A stretch of DNA of 62,580 nt, counting the filler, from Nitrospinota bacterium (GTDB lineage Bacteria > JAUXIQ01): NCBI GenBank assembly GCA_030620925.1. It is 13 parts of 13 records of this genome, joined end to end, with 100 filler letters (N's around TTAATTAATTAA, not from the genome) between each part and the next. Parts side by side here need not be neighbours in the genome. Positions count along the whole stretch, not along the records: positions 1 to 4,083 come from JAUXIQ010000256.1; positions 4,184 to 10,090 come from JAUXIQ010000147.1; 11 more parts are not named here. One strand, given 5' to 3'. The position numbers and the translations under genes are program-made. Positions 1 to 8,766 of this stretch are shown here, in pieces. The stretch's first letter is position 1; every line of letters begins with the position of its first letter. Below the pieces are notes generated by a model, which was not told where the DNA came from, made no database searches, and saw only the letters and a list, made by a program, of their open reading frames with translations.

Positions 1-121
1 AATACCCCTTGGAATTGAACTTATCGCTCATCACGATGCAGTCCTGTGGGCAGAAGTTAGCGCAGTACCCGCAACCTTTACACAGTTCCGCATCGATAAC
101 TATTTCGCCTTTAGCTGCCAT
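1..121 (-). CDS. 4Fe-4S dicluster ferredoxin, 2-oxoacid:ferredoxin oxidoreductase delta-subunit-like (3' truncated by window edge)
   Basis: Manual translation MAAKGEIVIDAELCKGCGYCANFCPQDCIVMSDKFNSKGY, with a CxxCxxCxxxCP motif and GGAG RBS upstream of ATG 121. Not in the ORF track. Confidence 0.85.
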   Translation of the reverse strand, partial: MAAKGEIVIDAELCKGCGYCANFCPQDCIVMSDKFNSKGY

Positions 122-398
122 GACGTTCTCCAAATAACAGGTTAATGCCGCTTATAACCCAAAGCAGACACTTGACTCCCTAAACCGACCAACAAAATGT
201 TTACTATAATACGCATATGCAGACTAAAGTCAATTCTTTTGGGAAGCGCTGTTCGACAGGGGCCGGAGAAGCTATATTAGCGGGATAAAAAAATGACAGG
301 ACGGCAATGCACAAAACCTTCAGTAAGGAGTCTTACTCCGTGAGAGGCGGGGATTTAAAAAAAGATTTCGCAGGGCAGTATATAGCCCGTTTTGTTAT

Positions 399-755
399 TC
401 AGGGTTTCATGAAATCCAGGGTCAACCGCTTCGCATCCACGTCGTAATCGGTCTCCACCTGAATGTCATCCCTTATAAAATTTGAATCTTTACAGGAGGT
501 TCTTATAAAAAACTCGGTCTCCCGGGGAACGAAAACCTGCTCGTCCAGCAGCACATCCCCGTTCAACCGCCACGATATACTAACGAACCCCGCTTCCTCG
601 AAATGGCCGCACGATGTCCAGGGATGGCCTTTGACTAATAGATGATCTTCCTCCTCGGGCGGGAGGCTATCGCTGGTGGCGTAGTAATCTCCACAACCCC
701 ATAAATCACCGAAAAGCTCCCGCAGTATAGAAGCTCCAGCCGATATATTTCCCAT
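399..755 (-). CDS. hypothetical protein (about 118 aa)
   Basis: ORF 399..800; ATG at 755 has a GGAGGG RBS. Protein-like composition but no family recognised. Confidence 0.5.
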   Translation of the reverse strand: MGNISAGASILRELFGDLWGCGDYYATSDSLPPEEEDHLLVKGHPWTSCGHFEEAGFVSISWRLNGDVLLDEQVFVPRETEFFIRTSCKDSNFIRDDIQVETDYDVDAKRLTLDFMKP

Positions 756-802
756 GACCCAATTCCCTCCCCCGGAGTCTTCTCCGGGTTTAAAACTCAA
801 TC

Positions 803-850
803 AATAATAAAGGGAGGTATGTGGGGTAAAATCCCACCTTGCCCTCCCTT
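803..850 (-). terminator. putative intrinsic terminator after dodecin
   Basis: Hairpin AAGGGAGG...GTGGG/CCCAC...CCTCCCTT followed by a T-rich tail on the minus strand. Confidence 0.5.
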
Positions 851-879
851 CATCCTGAAACAGTTATCAATAGACCAGA

Positions 880-1080
880 TTACACCTTGCAGCCAACTTT
901 CAACTTCACCTGAAACTCCGCCACCATTCCTTCCCTCACGGCGCCCCTCATCTCCACCACTTCGAACCAGGCGGCTTCGCCCATTGAGGATGCGGCTTTC
1001 TCGACGGCGTTTCGTGCGGCATCGGCAAAACTCTCAGTTGAGCTGCCCACCAATTCTTCCATTTTATACGTTGCATTCAT
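880..1080 (-). CDS. dodecin (flavin-binding protein)
   Basis: 66 aa: YKMEELVGSSTESFADAARNAV...WFEVVEMRG...EFQVKLKVG. AAGGAG RBS before ATG 1080. Confidence 0.9.
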   Translation of the reverse strand: MNATYKMEELVGSSTESFADAARNAVEKAASSMGEAAWFEVVEMRGAVREGMVAEFQVKLKVGCKV

Positions 1081-1467
1081 AACAGACTCTCCTTGATATT
1101 CCTCTAATTCAATTTTCAAAACCACAAAAAAGTTGCGCCCCTCTCACCAGAATAGACCTTTGGAACAAGCTGATTTTACGCTCACTCCATCGACCCAAAA
1201 TATTTTCCTGTCTTGCAATAAAATTTATCCTGCTATTTTAAATTGACAATAGCTATCTCATTTCTTATTGAAACAAATCGGGTTGATACCCCCCCGGCAG
1301 AACCGCCTTCAGCGCCTAAGAATCTTTATTCGCTTCGGTTTAGCGGCTCAAAGGACGCGCTTATTCACTGATAATCAGTATCAGCAGGAATCCAGCGGCT
1401 ATTTTAATCGGAGAAGCGGTTCAGGGGTGAAAGGACTGTCTTCTGTCAGGAACGGCATCCCTTACGA

Positions 1468-2979
1468 TCACGCCCGGGGATGGCGCAACAGGTGCTTTTT
1501 GACCTTGCCGCTTGCAGTGCGCGGCATCTCCTCGACCAGGACTACATTCTTGGGAATCTTGTAGCGGGCGAGTTTACCCTCGCAGAAATCCCCTATCTCC
1601 TCCAGGGAGATCGATTGGCCTTCCGCGGGAACTATGTACGCCTCGCCCACCTGCCCCCATGTATCGTCCGCGACGCCGATCACCGCTACCTCGCTGATCT
1701 TGGGGTGTGTGGATAGGAAGTTCTCCACCTCCGATGGGTAGACGTTCTCCCCCCCGCTGATGAACATATCCTTCCTGCGGTCGGCGAAATAGATGAAACC
1801 ATCCTCATCCTTATATGCCAGGTCGCCGGTATGAAGCCATCCGTCCCGGATGGTCTCTTCAGTAGCCTCCGGTTTGTTCCAGTAGCCGGTCATCAGGGTC
1901 GGGCCGCTGAGGATGATCTCACCCACCTCGCGGGGGGCCACCTCCTCCCCTTGATCGTTGACTATCCTCACGTCCACGTGAAACACCGGCCTTCCGATGG
2001 AGCCCGCCTTGCGCACCGAATCCGCCTCGCTCAGGGAACAGATGATGGAAGTCTCCGTCTGGCCGAAAAGCTGAATGAAAGGGACGCCCAGCTTCTGATA
2101 CTCCTTGATGAGAGAAAGGGGCACGGTCTCCCCGCCCGCACCAAGCAGGCGAAGGGAGCTCAGGTCGTATTTATCCAGGTAGCCGCCCCGCAGGATCATG
2201 TTGAACATGGTGGGCACGCCGCCGAAGAGGGTTACTTTATGTTTTTCAATGTCGGCACAGCATTTTTCGGGATCGAAGCTCTCGTAGAGAATGGCGGTTG
2301 CTCCCTTATAAAGGGTGGGGACCATACCCACGTTCAGGCCGCCGGAATGAAAGAGAGGCATGGGGATGAGCATCACATCATTATGGCGGAGATCAAAGAA
2401 AAGCTCGGCGTTGAAAGTGTTCCAGAACGTCTTGCGGTGCGAGAGGAGCGCTCCCTTGGGGTTTCCCGTAGTGCCCGAGGTGTACATTATTACCTGTGGG
2501 TATTCAAACTCGGCAGCCGATTGAGGCTCGACGGCGACGGCACCGGCAACAAAATCACTATAAGGCCGGCCATCTTCAAGCCTCCACTCCCCCACCCCCA
2601 CGTAACCGACTTCTTCCCCTTCAAGCAGACCGCTCAGGGAGCGCACCACCTCAGACAGCGCCCCGCTGAAAAATAGGAAGCGAGGGGAACTGTCTCGCAT
2701 CTGGTACTCGAGCTCAGTGGCGGTCAACCGGAAATTAAGGGGCACGAAGATGGCGCCTATCTTGGAACAGGCGAAATATACTTCGATGAATTCAGGGCAG
2801 TTTAAAAGCAGGGCGGCCACCCGGTCTCCGTTACGGACGCCCCCCGCCAGCAACGCATTTGCGGCAAGGTTCGAGCGCTCGTTCAATTCCCTGTAAGATA
2901 TATGCTCATCGCGGAATATTATGGCCGTCTTATCCGGATGTAAATCCGCCCTCTTTGCTATCCATTGTCCGATGTTCAT
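1468..2979 (-). CDS. long-chain fatty-acid/aryl CoA ligase (ANL adenylating family)
   Basis: YTSGTTGNPKG P-loop, FGQTE, HTGD, SGGENVYP and PRTASGK motifs. Confidence 0.93.
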   Translation of the reverse strand: MNIGQWIAKRADLHPDKTAIIFRDEHISYRELNERSNLAANALLAGGVRNGDRVAALLLNCPEFIEVYFACSKIGAIFVPLNFRLTATELEYQMRDSSPRFLFFSGALSEVVRSLSGLLEGEEVGYVGVGEWRLEDGRPYSDFVAGAVAVEPQSAAEFEYPQVIMYTSGTTGNPKGALLSHRKTFWNTFNAELFFDLRHNDVMLIPMPLFHSGGLNVGMVPTLYKGATAILYESFDPEKCCADIEKHKVTLFGGVPTMFNMILRGGYLDKYDLSSLRLLGAGGETVPLSLIKEYQKLGVPFIQLFGQTETSIICSLSEADSVRKAGSIGRPVFHVDVRIVNDQGEEVAPREVGEIILSGPTLMTGYWNKPEATEETIRDGWLHTGDLAYKDEDGFIYFADRRKDMFISGGENVYPSEVENFLSTHPKISEVAVIGVADDTWGQVGEAYIVPAEGQSISLEEIGDFCEGKLARYKIPKNVVLVEEMPRTASGKVKKHLLRHPRA

Positions 2980-3186
2980 TATGCCTCCGACTGTGGATGG
3001 CCCTGCGGTATATCAAAACGGAGCACTATTATATAAGAAGGCTCGAGCGAGGGCGAGGGGGAAAATCTTACTTTTAGGGTGCTGAAAAGTTTTATGAAGG
3101 AGTTTGAACCCACCTTCGGCGGGTGAAAACTGAGGTATTCCTAAAGGGTTTTCTACAAACAGTACAGTAACCGCGGTAGGGACAGT

Positions 3187-4083
3187 TCACTTGCCGCAGC
3201 AACGTTTGTATTTCATGCCGCTGCCGCAGGGGCACGGCTCATTGCGTCCGACCTTCTTGCCTTCCCGTCGAACCGTCTTCACAGCGGTGCTCCCACCCTG
3301 CGCTTCAGGAGGGGAAGCGGTGGGGATCTCTCCGCGATGCTCAAAGGTTCGGCTTTGCCTGCCCATGGTGTCTTCCCGTTTCTCATCCTCTTCAACGAGG
3401 GTCATCTTGCTCAAGTATTCTACGGTTTCCTCTTTGATACGCTCCACCATATCCATGAACATGTCGTAGCCTTCCCTCTTGTATTCTATAAGAGGGTCTT
3501 TCTGGCCGTAACCGCGGAGGCCTATACCTTCCTTGAGGTGGTCCATGTTGAGGAGGTGGTCCTTCCACTGGTTGTCGATCACATGGAGCATGACCATACG
3601 CTCGATCTCTTTCATATGCTCGGCGCCGTTTTCCTTCACCTTCTGCAGGTAGTTGTTCTTAACTGCATCCTGGATGTGTTCCCTCATCTCGTCCCGGTCC
3701 ATCTCGACCACCTGAGGTGAGTTAGTGAGGTCCACCACGATACCGAACAATCCGAATATACTCTCCTCCAGACCTTCGAGGTCCCACTCGTCTGGATAGA
3801 GCTCCTCCCCGGCGTGTTTCGCCATCGGGTCTTCAACCAGTTCCTCCATCATTTCCAGGATATTTTCGCCGAGGTCTTCCCCATTAAGGATCATGTGCCG
3901 CTGCTCGTAGATCACTTCCCGCTGTTTGTTCATCACGTCATCATATTCGATAAGGTGCTTGCGAATATCGAAGTTGTGACCCTCGACGCGCTTCTGCGCG
4001 CTCTCAATGGCCTTGGAAAGAAGATTATGCTCTATGGGCTGGCCATCCTCCATGCCCAGCTTCTCCATGATGCCTGAGATGCG
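3187..4083 (-). CDS. secA: preprotein translocase SecA, C-terminal part (5' truncated at contig end)
   Basis: AQKRVEGHNFDIRKHLIEYDDV, LRGYGQKDPLIEYKREG and the SEC-C motif GRNEPCPCGSGMKYKRCCG. Confidence 0.98.
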   Translation of the reverse strand, partial: RISGIMEKLGMEDGQPIEHNLLSKAIESAQKRVEGHNFDIRKHLIEYDDVMNKQREVIYEQRHMILNGEDLGENILEMMEELVEDPMAKHAGEELYPDEWDLEGLEESIFGLFGIVVDLTNSPQVVEMDRDEMREHIQDAVKNNYLQKVKENGAEHMKEIERMVMLHVIDNQWKDHLLNMDHLKEGIGLRGYGQKDPLIEYKREGYDMFMDMVERIKEETVEYLSKMTLVEEDEKREDTMGRQSRTFEHRGEIPTASPPEAQGGSTAVKTVRREGKKVGRNEPCPCGSGMKYKRCCGK

Positions 4084-4183
4084 NNNNNNNNNNNNNNNNN
4101 NNNNNNNNNNNNNNNNNNNNNNNNNNNTTAATTAATTAANNNNNNNNNNNNNNNNNNNNNNNNNNNNNNNNNNNNNNNNNNNN
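4084..4183. other. artificial contig spacer, first of 12
   Basis: N44-TTAATTAATTAA-N44 (all-frame stop linker). Repeated at 10091, 13958, 18185, 22159, 28123, 35967, 39497, 45588, 49955, 55235 and 59525, each 100 bp. Confidence 0.99.
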
Positions 4184-4362
4184 CAGCGTAAAGGCGGTTT
4201 CAAAGATTTCCTGAAAGCCCGGGACGGCGACTTCCTGCCCGAACCCTTCGGGCCGAAGTCTGCGCCGAAAAAGTAACGGGGCCAAATTCATATTCCATAC
4301 TACCGGGCCGTTTCCGACGGTCAGTGACTGAGTCCACCCTTCAGGCGGGAGAAAAATTGTTC

Positions 4363-4410
4363 TTGACACCTTTCGCCTGATCGGTGATAATACCAACTGG
4401 TTGGTATTAT
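4363..4410 (+). promoter_or_regulatory. sigma70 promoter with overlapping palindromic TetR operator
   Basis: TTGACA(4363)-17 nt-GATAAT(4386). Perfect 11-bp inverted repeat ATAATACCAAC-TG-GTTGGTATTAT at 4387-4410. Confidence 0.8.
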
Positions 4411-4431
4411 AGATAGAAGGATGATCGATAA

Positions 4432-5025
4432 ATGGATAGTTATACTCAGAAGAGAGAACATATCGTCAAAACCGCCGCCAGGCTGGTGCACGTCAACGGG
4501 TTCAACAACACCAGCATAGACGACGTCTTGAAAGAAGGCGGCGTGGGTAAGGGCCAGTTCTTCTACTACTTCAAGAACAAGGAAGAGCTGGGATACGCCA
4601 TCCTGGATAGCCAGTCGAAGTCCACCGCCGAGAGATTGTGGGATCCCGCCTTTAACAGCGACCTTGACCCCCTGGGCAAGATATACAGGTTGCTGGATAA
4701 CGTGGTGAAAGTCCATCGGGAACGGGGATGTACCGGAGGATGCCCTATAGGCAGCATGGCCCTGGAGATGGGAGACATACATGAGGGTTTCAGGAAAAAG
4801 ACGGACGGAGTTTTCCGTTCCTGGGCCCGGAGGATAAAAAAGACTCTCCGTGAAGGGGTGAAAGACGGCCAGATAAGGGAAGATGTCAACGTCGATGAGC
4901 TGGCTGATTTTATTGTCGCCTCCATACAGGGGGCCATTCTGCTTTGCGTGGCCGGTAAGGATATAAGGGTGATGCGGAGATGTTTCCGGAACCTTAAGAA
5001 ACATCTGGAGTCTTTGCGGGTCTAG
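4432..5025 (+). CDS. TetR/AcrR-family transcriptional regulator (NemR/LmrA-like)
   Basis: N-terminal HTH GFNNTSIDDVLKEGGVGKGQFFYYFKNKEEL; C-terminal GCTGGCPIG motif. Confidence 0.93.
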   Translation: MDSYTQKREHIVKTAARLVHVNGFNNTSIDDVLKEGGVGKGQFFYYFKNKEELGYAILDSQSKSTAERLWDPAFNSDLDPLGKIYRLLDNVVKVHRERGCTGGCPIGSMALEMGDIHEGFRKKTDGVFRSWARRIKKTLREGVKDGQIREDVNVDELADFIVASIQGAILLCVAGKDIRVMRRCFRNLKKHLESLRV

Positions 5026-5170
5026 TATTTTTGTGAATATTCACTATACGGGCCGGTTGGTGTTGGGATTGGATAAGTCCGGACCGGAGTAAAAGAGGTA
5101 TCCGAGGATGACGTCACCGGGAAGGCGAAGGAGGTTTTCATTCTAGGGATTATAAAGAAGGAGATAAAAC

Positions 5171-6154
5171 TTGCAATATGATGAATTGATGGAAACGGCC
5201 CTTATGAAGATGGAAGAGAAGGGGGCGCTCAAGCGGTACACGGGTAAGGGAGCCGAGACCGGTTATGCCGGGAGATACAACAGAGAAATTTTCAAGGCCT
5301 TCGGCTTCAAGTTCAGGATGATAGATGCTGTAGCCGCCGATACATCCATGACGCTGTTCGGCAGACAGTTCAAGACCCCCGTTATGTGCGCTGCCTTGTC
5401 AGGGATGACGGATATCACCGATGAGCCTTTAGCTAAAATAGCGAAAGGGGTTTCGGAAGCGGAATCCCTGATGTGGGTGGGTATCACAAACGAGGAGCAA
5501 TTCAGCAGTGTCCTTGCCACTGGAGCGCCCACGGTACGCATAGTAAAGCCCTTTGCGGATATGGAGAAGATGTATGGTGAAATCAGGCAAGCCGAAGACG
5601 GAGGGGCGTTTGCCGTGGGCACGGATATAGACTTTTTCTTCGGTGGAAAGGTCGGGGAGAGGATGTTTGCCCCTGCCGCCATGGGTCCCAAGAATAGCGA
5701 AGAACTCAAGGAGCTCATCTCAGCCACCCGGTTACCCTTCATCTTGAAAGGGGTGCTCAGTGCGGAGGATGCTCGGCGGGCCGTCGATTTGGGGGCCGGA
5801 GGGATAGTGGTTTCCAATCACGGGGCGGCCATTATAGACTTCAGCGCCCATCCCCTGGAGGTGCTGCCCGAAATAAAAGAAGCAGTAGGGGATAAGATAC
5901 CGGTGTTTGCGGATAGCGGGTTCTTGAGGGGTTCGGACATTGTTAAAGCGCTGGCCCTGGGGGCGGATGCCGTTTGTGTGGGTAAGGCTCTCATTATGGG
6001 ACTGGCGGCCAATGAGAGCGATGGGGTCAGGGAAATGGTGGAGATATTGACCGAGGAAGTGCGCCGGATTATGTCTGTTACCGGATGTCCTGATCTATCC
6101 AGTGTTGATGAGTCTATCCTGGTGAGGAGAAATCTTTTCCTGCAGGAAGACTGA
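5171..6154 (+). CDS. FMN-dependent alpha-hydroxy-acid dehydrogenase/oxidase family protein
   Basis: PFILKGVLS, GIVVSNHG, DSGFLRGSDIVKALALGADAV. AAGGAG RBS and TTG start. Confidence 0.88.
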   Translation: MQYDELMETALMKMEEKGALKRYTGKGAETGYAGRYNREIFKAFGFKFRMIDAVAADTSMTLFGRQFKTPVMCAALSGMTDITDEPLAKIAKGVSEAESLMWVGITNEEQFSSVLATGAPTVRIVKPFADMEKMYGEIRQAEDGGAFAVGTDIDFFFGGKVGERMFAPAAMGPKNSEELKELISATRLPFILKGVLSAEDARRAVDLGAGGIVVSNHGAAIIDFSAHPLEVLPEIKEAVGDKIPVFADSGFLRGSDIVKALALGADAVCVGKALIMGLAANESDGVREMVEILTEEVRRIMSVTGCPDLSSVDESILVRRNLFLQED

Positions 6155-6210
6155 ACCCGGAATTTAGGTCTTTTAACGCAGTTCAAACTTTATTAGAGGA
6201 GAACAGAAAG

Positions 6211-7068
6211 ATGATCGACGGATTTAAATTCTGTCCACCAGGGCTTCCCGACCGGCTTCAGCAGATGAAGTTCGTGGAGCATGAAGATATTCCCTGGGCA
6301 CCCGTGAACAAGAAGATAGAAGACTGCAAGTTCGCTATCCTCTCCACCGCGGGTATCTCCATGAAAGGGGATGTTCCATTCGATATGGAGCGCGAGTATA
6401 AGGAACCTACCTGGGGCGACCCGACTTTCAGGGTGATTCCAAAGGATGCCAAGCAGGCTGACCTTGAGGTAAATCATCTGCACATAAATACCAGAGATAT
6501 CGAAAAGGACTTCAACTGCGCCTTCCCTCTCGACCGTTTCAAAGAGCTGGAAGAGCAGGGACGGATAGGCTCCTTCGCCGAGAATAACTACTCAATAATG
6601 GGATACCTACCCACCCCTCATACCGGTGAGCTTATCAAAGGGACTGCTCCTGCAATAGCCGATAAGATGAAGGCGGATGGTGTGGATGCGGCGTTTATGG
6701 CCCCCGTCTGACCGCTCTGCAACCAGTCCGTGGGACTGGTTCAGAGGATAGTTGAGGAAGCAGGCATTCCCACCATATCCCTGACTCTGCTGCCGTTCAT
6801 CACCCGCAAGGTGAAGGTTCCCAGGGCTCTGGCGATTGAGTTCCCCTTCGGCCATCCTTTCGGGAAACCTTTCGACAATGAGCAGCAGCTCAGCATCATA
6901 AACGATGGTTTGAGGGAGCTGGAATCCATCCAAGAGGCGGGCACTATTCTGGACCTTCCTTATAAGTGGCCCGAAGAGGACTTCAAGAAGCAGGACTGGT
7001 GGCCGGAGGAGCACCCGCCCATAGTCAAGTTCATGCAGGAACAGCTAGCCAAGAAGAATAAGAAGTAA
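6211..7068 (+). CDS. PrdB/GrdB-family reductase selenoprotein B, 285 aa with Sec167
   Basis: ORFs 6211..6711 and 6730..7068 are in the same frame, separated only by TGA 6709-6711. Read-through gives DGVDAAFMAPV-U-PLCNQSVGLVQRIVEEAGIPTISL. Family motifs GDPTFRVIP, DFNCAFPLDRFKEL and VPRAL..FPFGHPFG are present, and a SECIS hairpin follows the UGA. Confidence 0.92.
6715..6746 (+). promoter_or_regulatory. bacterial SECIS element
   Basis: CTCTG-C-AACCAGTCC-GTG-GGACTGGTT-CAGAG: a 5+9 bp stem with one bulge. The apical loop starts with G, with 18 nt between the UGA and the loop. Confidence 0.85.
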
Positions 7069-7073
7069 GAACA

Positions 7074-7125
7074 TTGAGGGAACCCTTTTGAAAAAGGGTT
7101 CCCTCAAACTCCCCCCAAAACTTTT
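7074..7125. repeat. intergenic palindromic repeat, family A (probably also the terminator of the selenoprotein unit)
   Basis: Perfect 16-bp inverted repeat TTGAGGGAACCCTTTT-GA-AAAAGGGTTCCCTCAA plus ACTCCCCCCAAAACTTTT flank. Related copies at about 7233-7331, 36689-36718, 42778-42831, 54340-54483 and 60753-60790. Confidence 0.75.
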
Positions 7126-7333
7126 GTCATTGTCGATTGGTGCTTTCCCTCACTGACGTTCTGGATAATGTTTATTAGGTCTATTCCTATTGGCGGTGTT
7201 CGGATTAGTTTACCCTGAGCGGCATCATACCCAAAAGATTCGGAGGGAATTTGCCCCGCGGAAGGCGGGGTTTTCAAAAGGGTTTCCTCAGTAGCATGGG
7301 GAAGATATTTTTATAAAAAAGTTTCCTCAAACA

Positions 7334-8491
7334 TCAATAGGAGCGTGGCAGGCCCAACGATTCGGCAATGAAATTGCGGGCCATGTCGTTACTCACCGGA
7401 CTGAAAGTGCCCAGCCGCGCGTCGCGAAAGTAGCGCTGCATGTCCTGCTCCATAAGGTAGCCGTGCCCCCCCAATATGTGCATCCCAGTGGAAGCGGACC
7501 TGAATGCGACCTCGGAAGCTATCATCTTGGCCATGGTGGCCTCGTAGCCGCAGGGTCGGCCGAGAGATTGCAGCCATGCCGCGCGGTATACCTGCCACCT
7601 GGCGCACTCCACCTCCGCGGCTATATTGGCGATGCGATGCTGGATGGACTGGAATTGGCCGATGGGTTTATCGAAAGCGTGTCGCTGTTTGGCGTATTCC
7701 AGCATGTCCTCTAAAGCCGCCTGGGCGATGCCTACTCCCATGGCCCCCAGGGTTATTCGCTCGTTGTTGAGGGTTTGCAGCAGGTGGTACCAGCCCTTGT
7801 CTATCTGCCCCAGGAGGTTCGTCTTGGGGACCTTCACATCTTGCAAGATGATATGGTTTATGCCAGATGCGCGCATGCCGAACTGGTTCAGGCGCTCCAC
7901 GGTGATGCCCGGGCTTTTCATGTCGGTGATGATCAGGGACAGCCCGTGAGATTTCTTGGGAATGGGCTGGCCCGTGCGGGCCACGGTGACCATGAAGTCC
8001 GCTTCATGGGCCAGGGTGATAAACATCTTCTCCCCGTTGATTACGAAGTTATCCCCGTCATACTCCGCCCGGGTGGTGAGTGAAAGGACGTCGCTGCCGC
8101 CGCTGGCTTCCGTCAATCCCAGGGCGTAGAGTATCTCCCCTCTGGCCAGCCTGGGCAGATATTCCGCCTTCTGCTCGGGGCTTCCGAAATAGTCTATGGA
8201 TTTACCCCCGAAGCACATGGATACCACGTAGGCCAGGGCGCCGGCGGTGAGTCCCCTCGCTAATTCCTCTATCAGAATGGTCATATCCATTTCCGTGCCG
8301 CCGGTGCCGCCATACTCCTTGGGGAGAGGCAGACCCAGCCAGCCCATTTCCGCCATTCTATTCCACAGCTCGCGGGGGAATCGGCGTTGTTCGTCGCACT
8401 CCCGCGCATAAGACCTGGGGAACTCTTTTTCCAGAAGTCTCCGGACAGAATCCTTTAGCATCTGTTGTTCTTCGCTGAAATCGAAGTCCAT
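7334..8491 (-). CDS. acyl-CoA dehydrogenase
   Basis: GLTEASGGSD, NGEKMFIT, RHAFDKPIGQFQSIQH, ILGGHGY. Confidence 0.95.
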   Translation of the reverse strand: MDFDFSEEQQMLKDSVRRLLEKEFPRSYARECDEQRRFPRELWNRMAEMGWLGLPLPKEYGGTGGTEMDMTILIEELARGLTAGALAYVVSMCFGGKSIDYFGSPEQKAEYLPRLARGEILYALGLTEASGGSDVLSLTTRAEYDGDNFVINGEKMFITLAHEADFMVTVARTGQPIPKKSHGLSLIITDMKSPGITVERLNQFGMRASGINHIILQDVKVPKTNLLGQIDKGWYHLLQTLNNERITLGAMGVGIAQAALEDMLEYAKQRHAFDKPIGQFQSIQHRIANIAAEVECARWQVYRAAWLQSLGRPCGYEATMAKMIASEVAFRSASTGMHILGGHGYLMEQDMQRYFRDARLGTFSPVSNDMARNFIAESLGLPRSY

Positions 8492-8766
8492 TCCTATTTC
8501 CCTCCCTCAGGAAAATCGATCTCTTAAAGTAACGAAATAAATATTGCGAAACGCCGACGGTTAAGCATATTTTATTAGATAGCGCCGCACAAGGGAAGTT
8601 CCAATACTCTCCATTATAATTATATTTCACATTTACCGGTACATTCCATGAACATGATCATCTATTGCATCGTCTCAAGGGCCGATGCGCAGGTTGTAAT
8701 AAATAACGTTGGATGTTAAAATTAATTTAGCTTAATTATGGCGTCTTTTCTACGGAGGCATCCGGA

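Noticed and set aside
1831-2676. Long antisense ORFs (also 23995..24807, 38731..39552, 58477..59265, 60009..60746 and others)
   Set aside because: Shadow frames opposite well-supported genes, as expected from codon bias in GC-rich coding DNA.
6730-7068. Separate 112-aa gene starting at GTG 6730
   Set aside because: The GTG is the SECIS loop and has no RBS; this is the C-terminal part of the selenoprotein.
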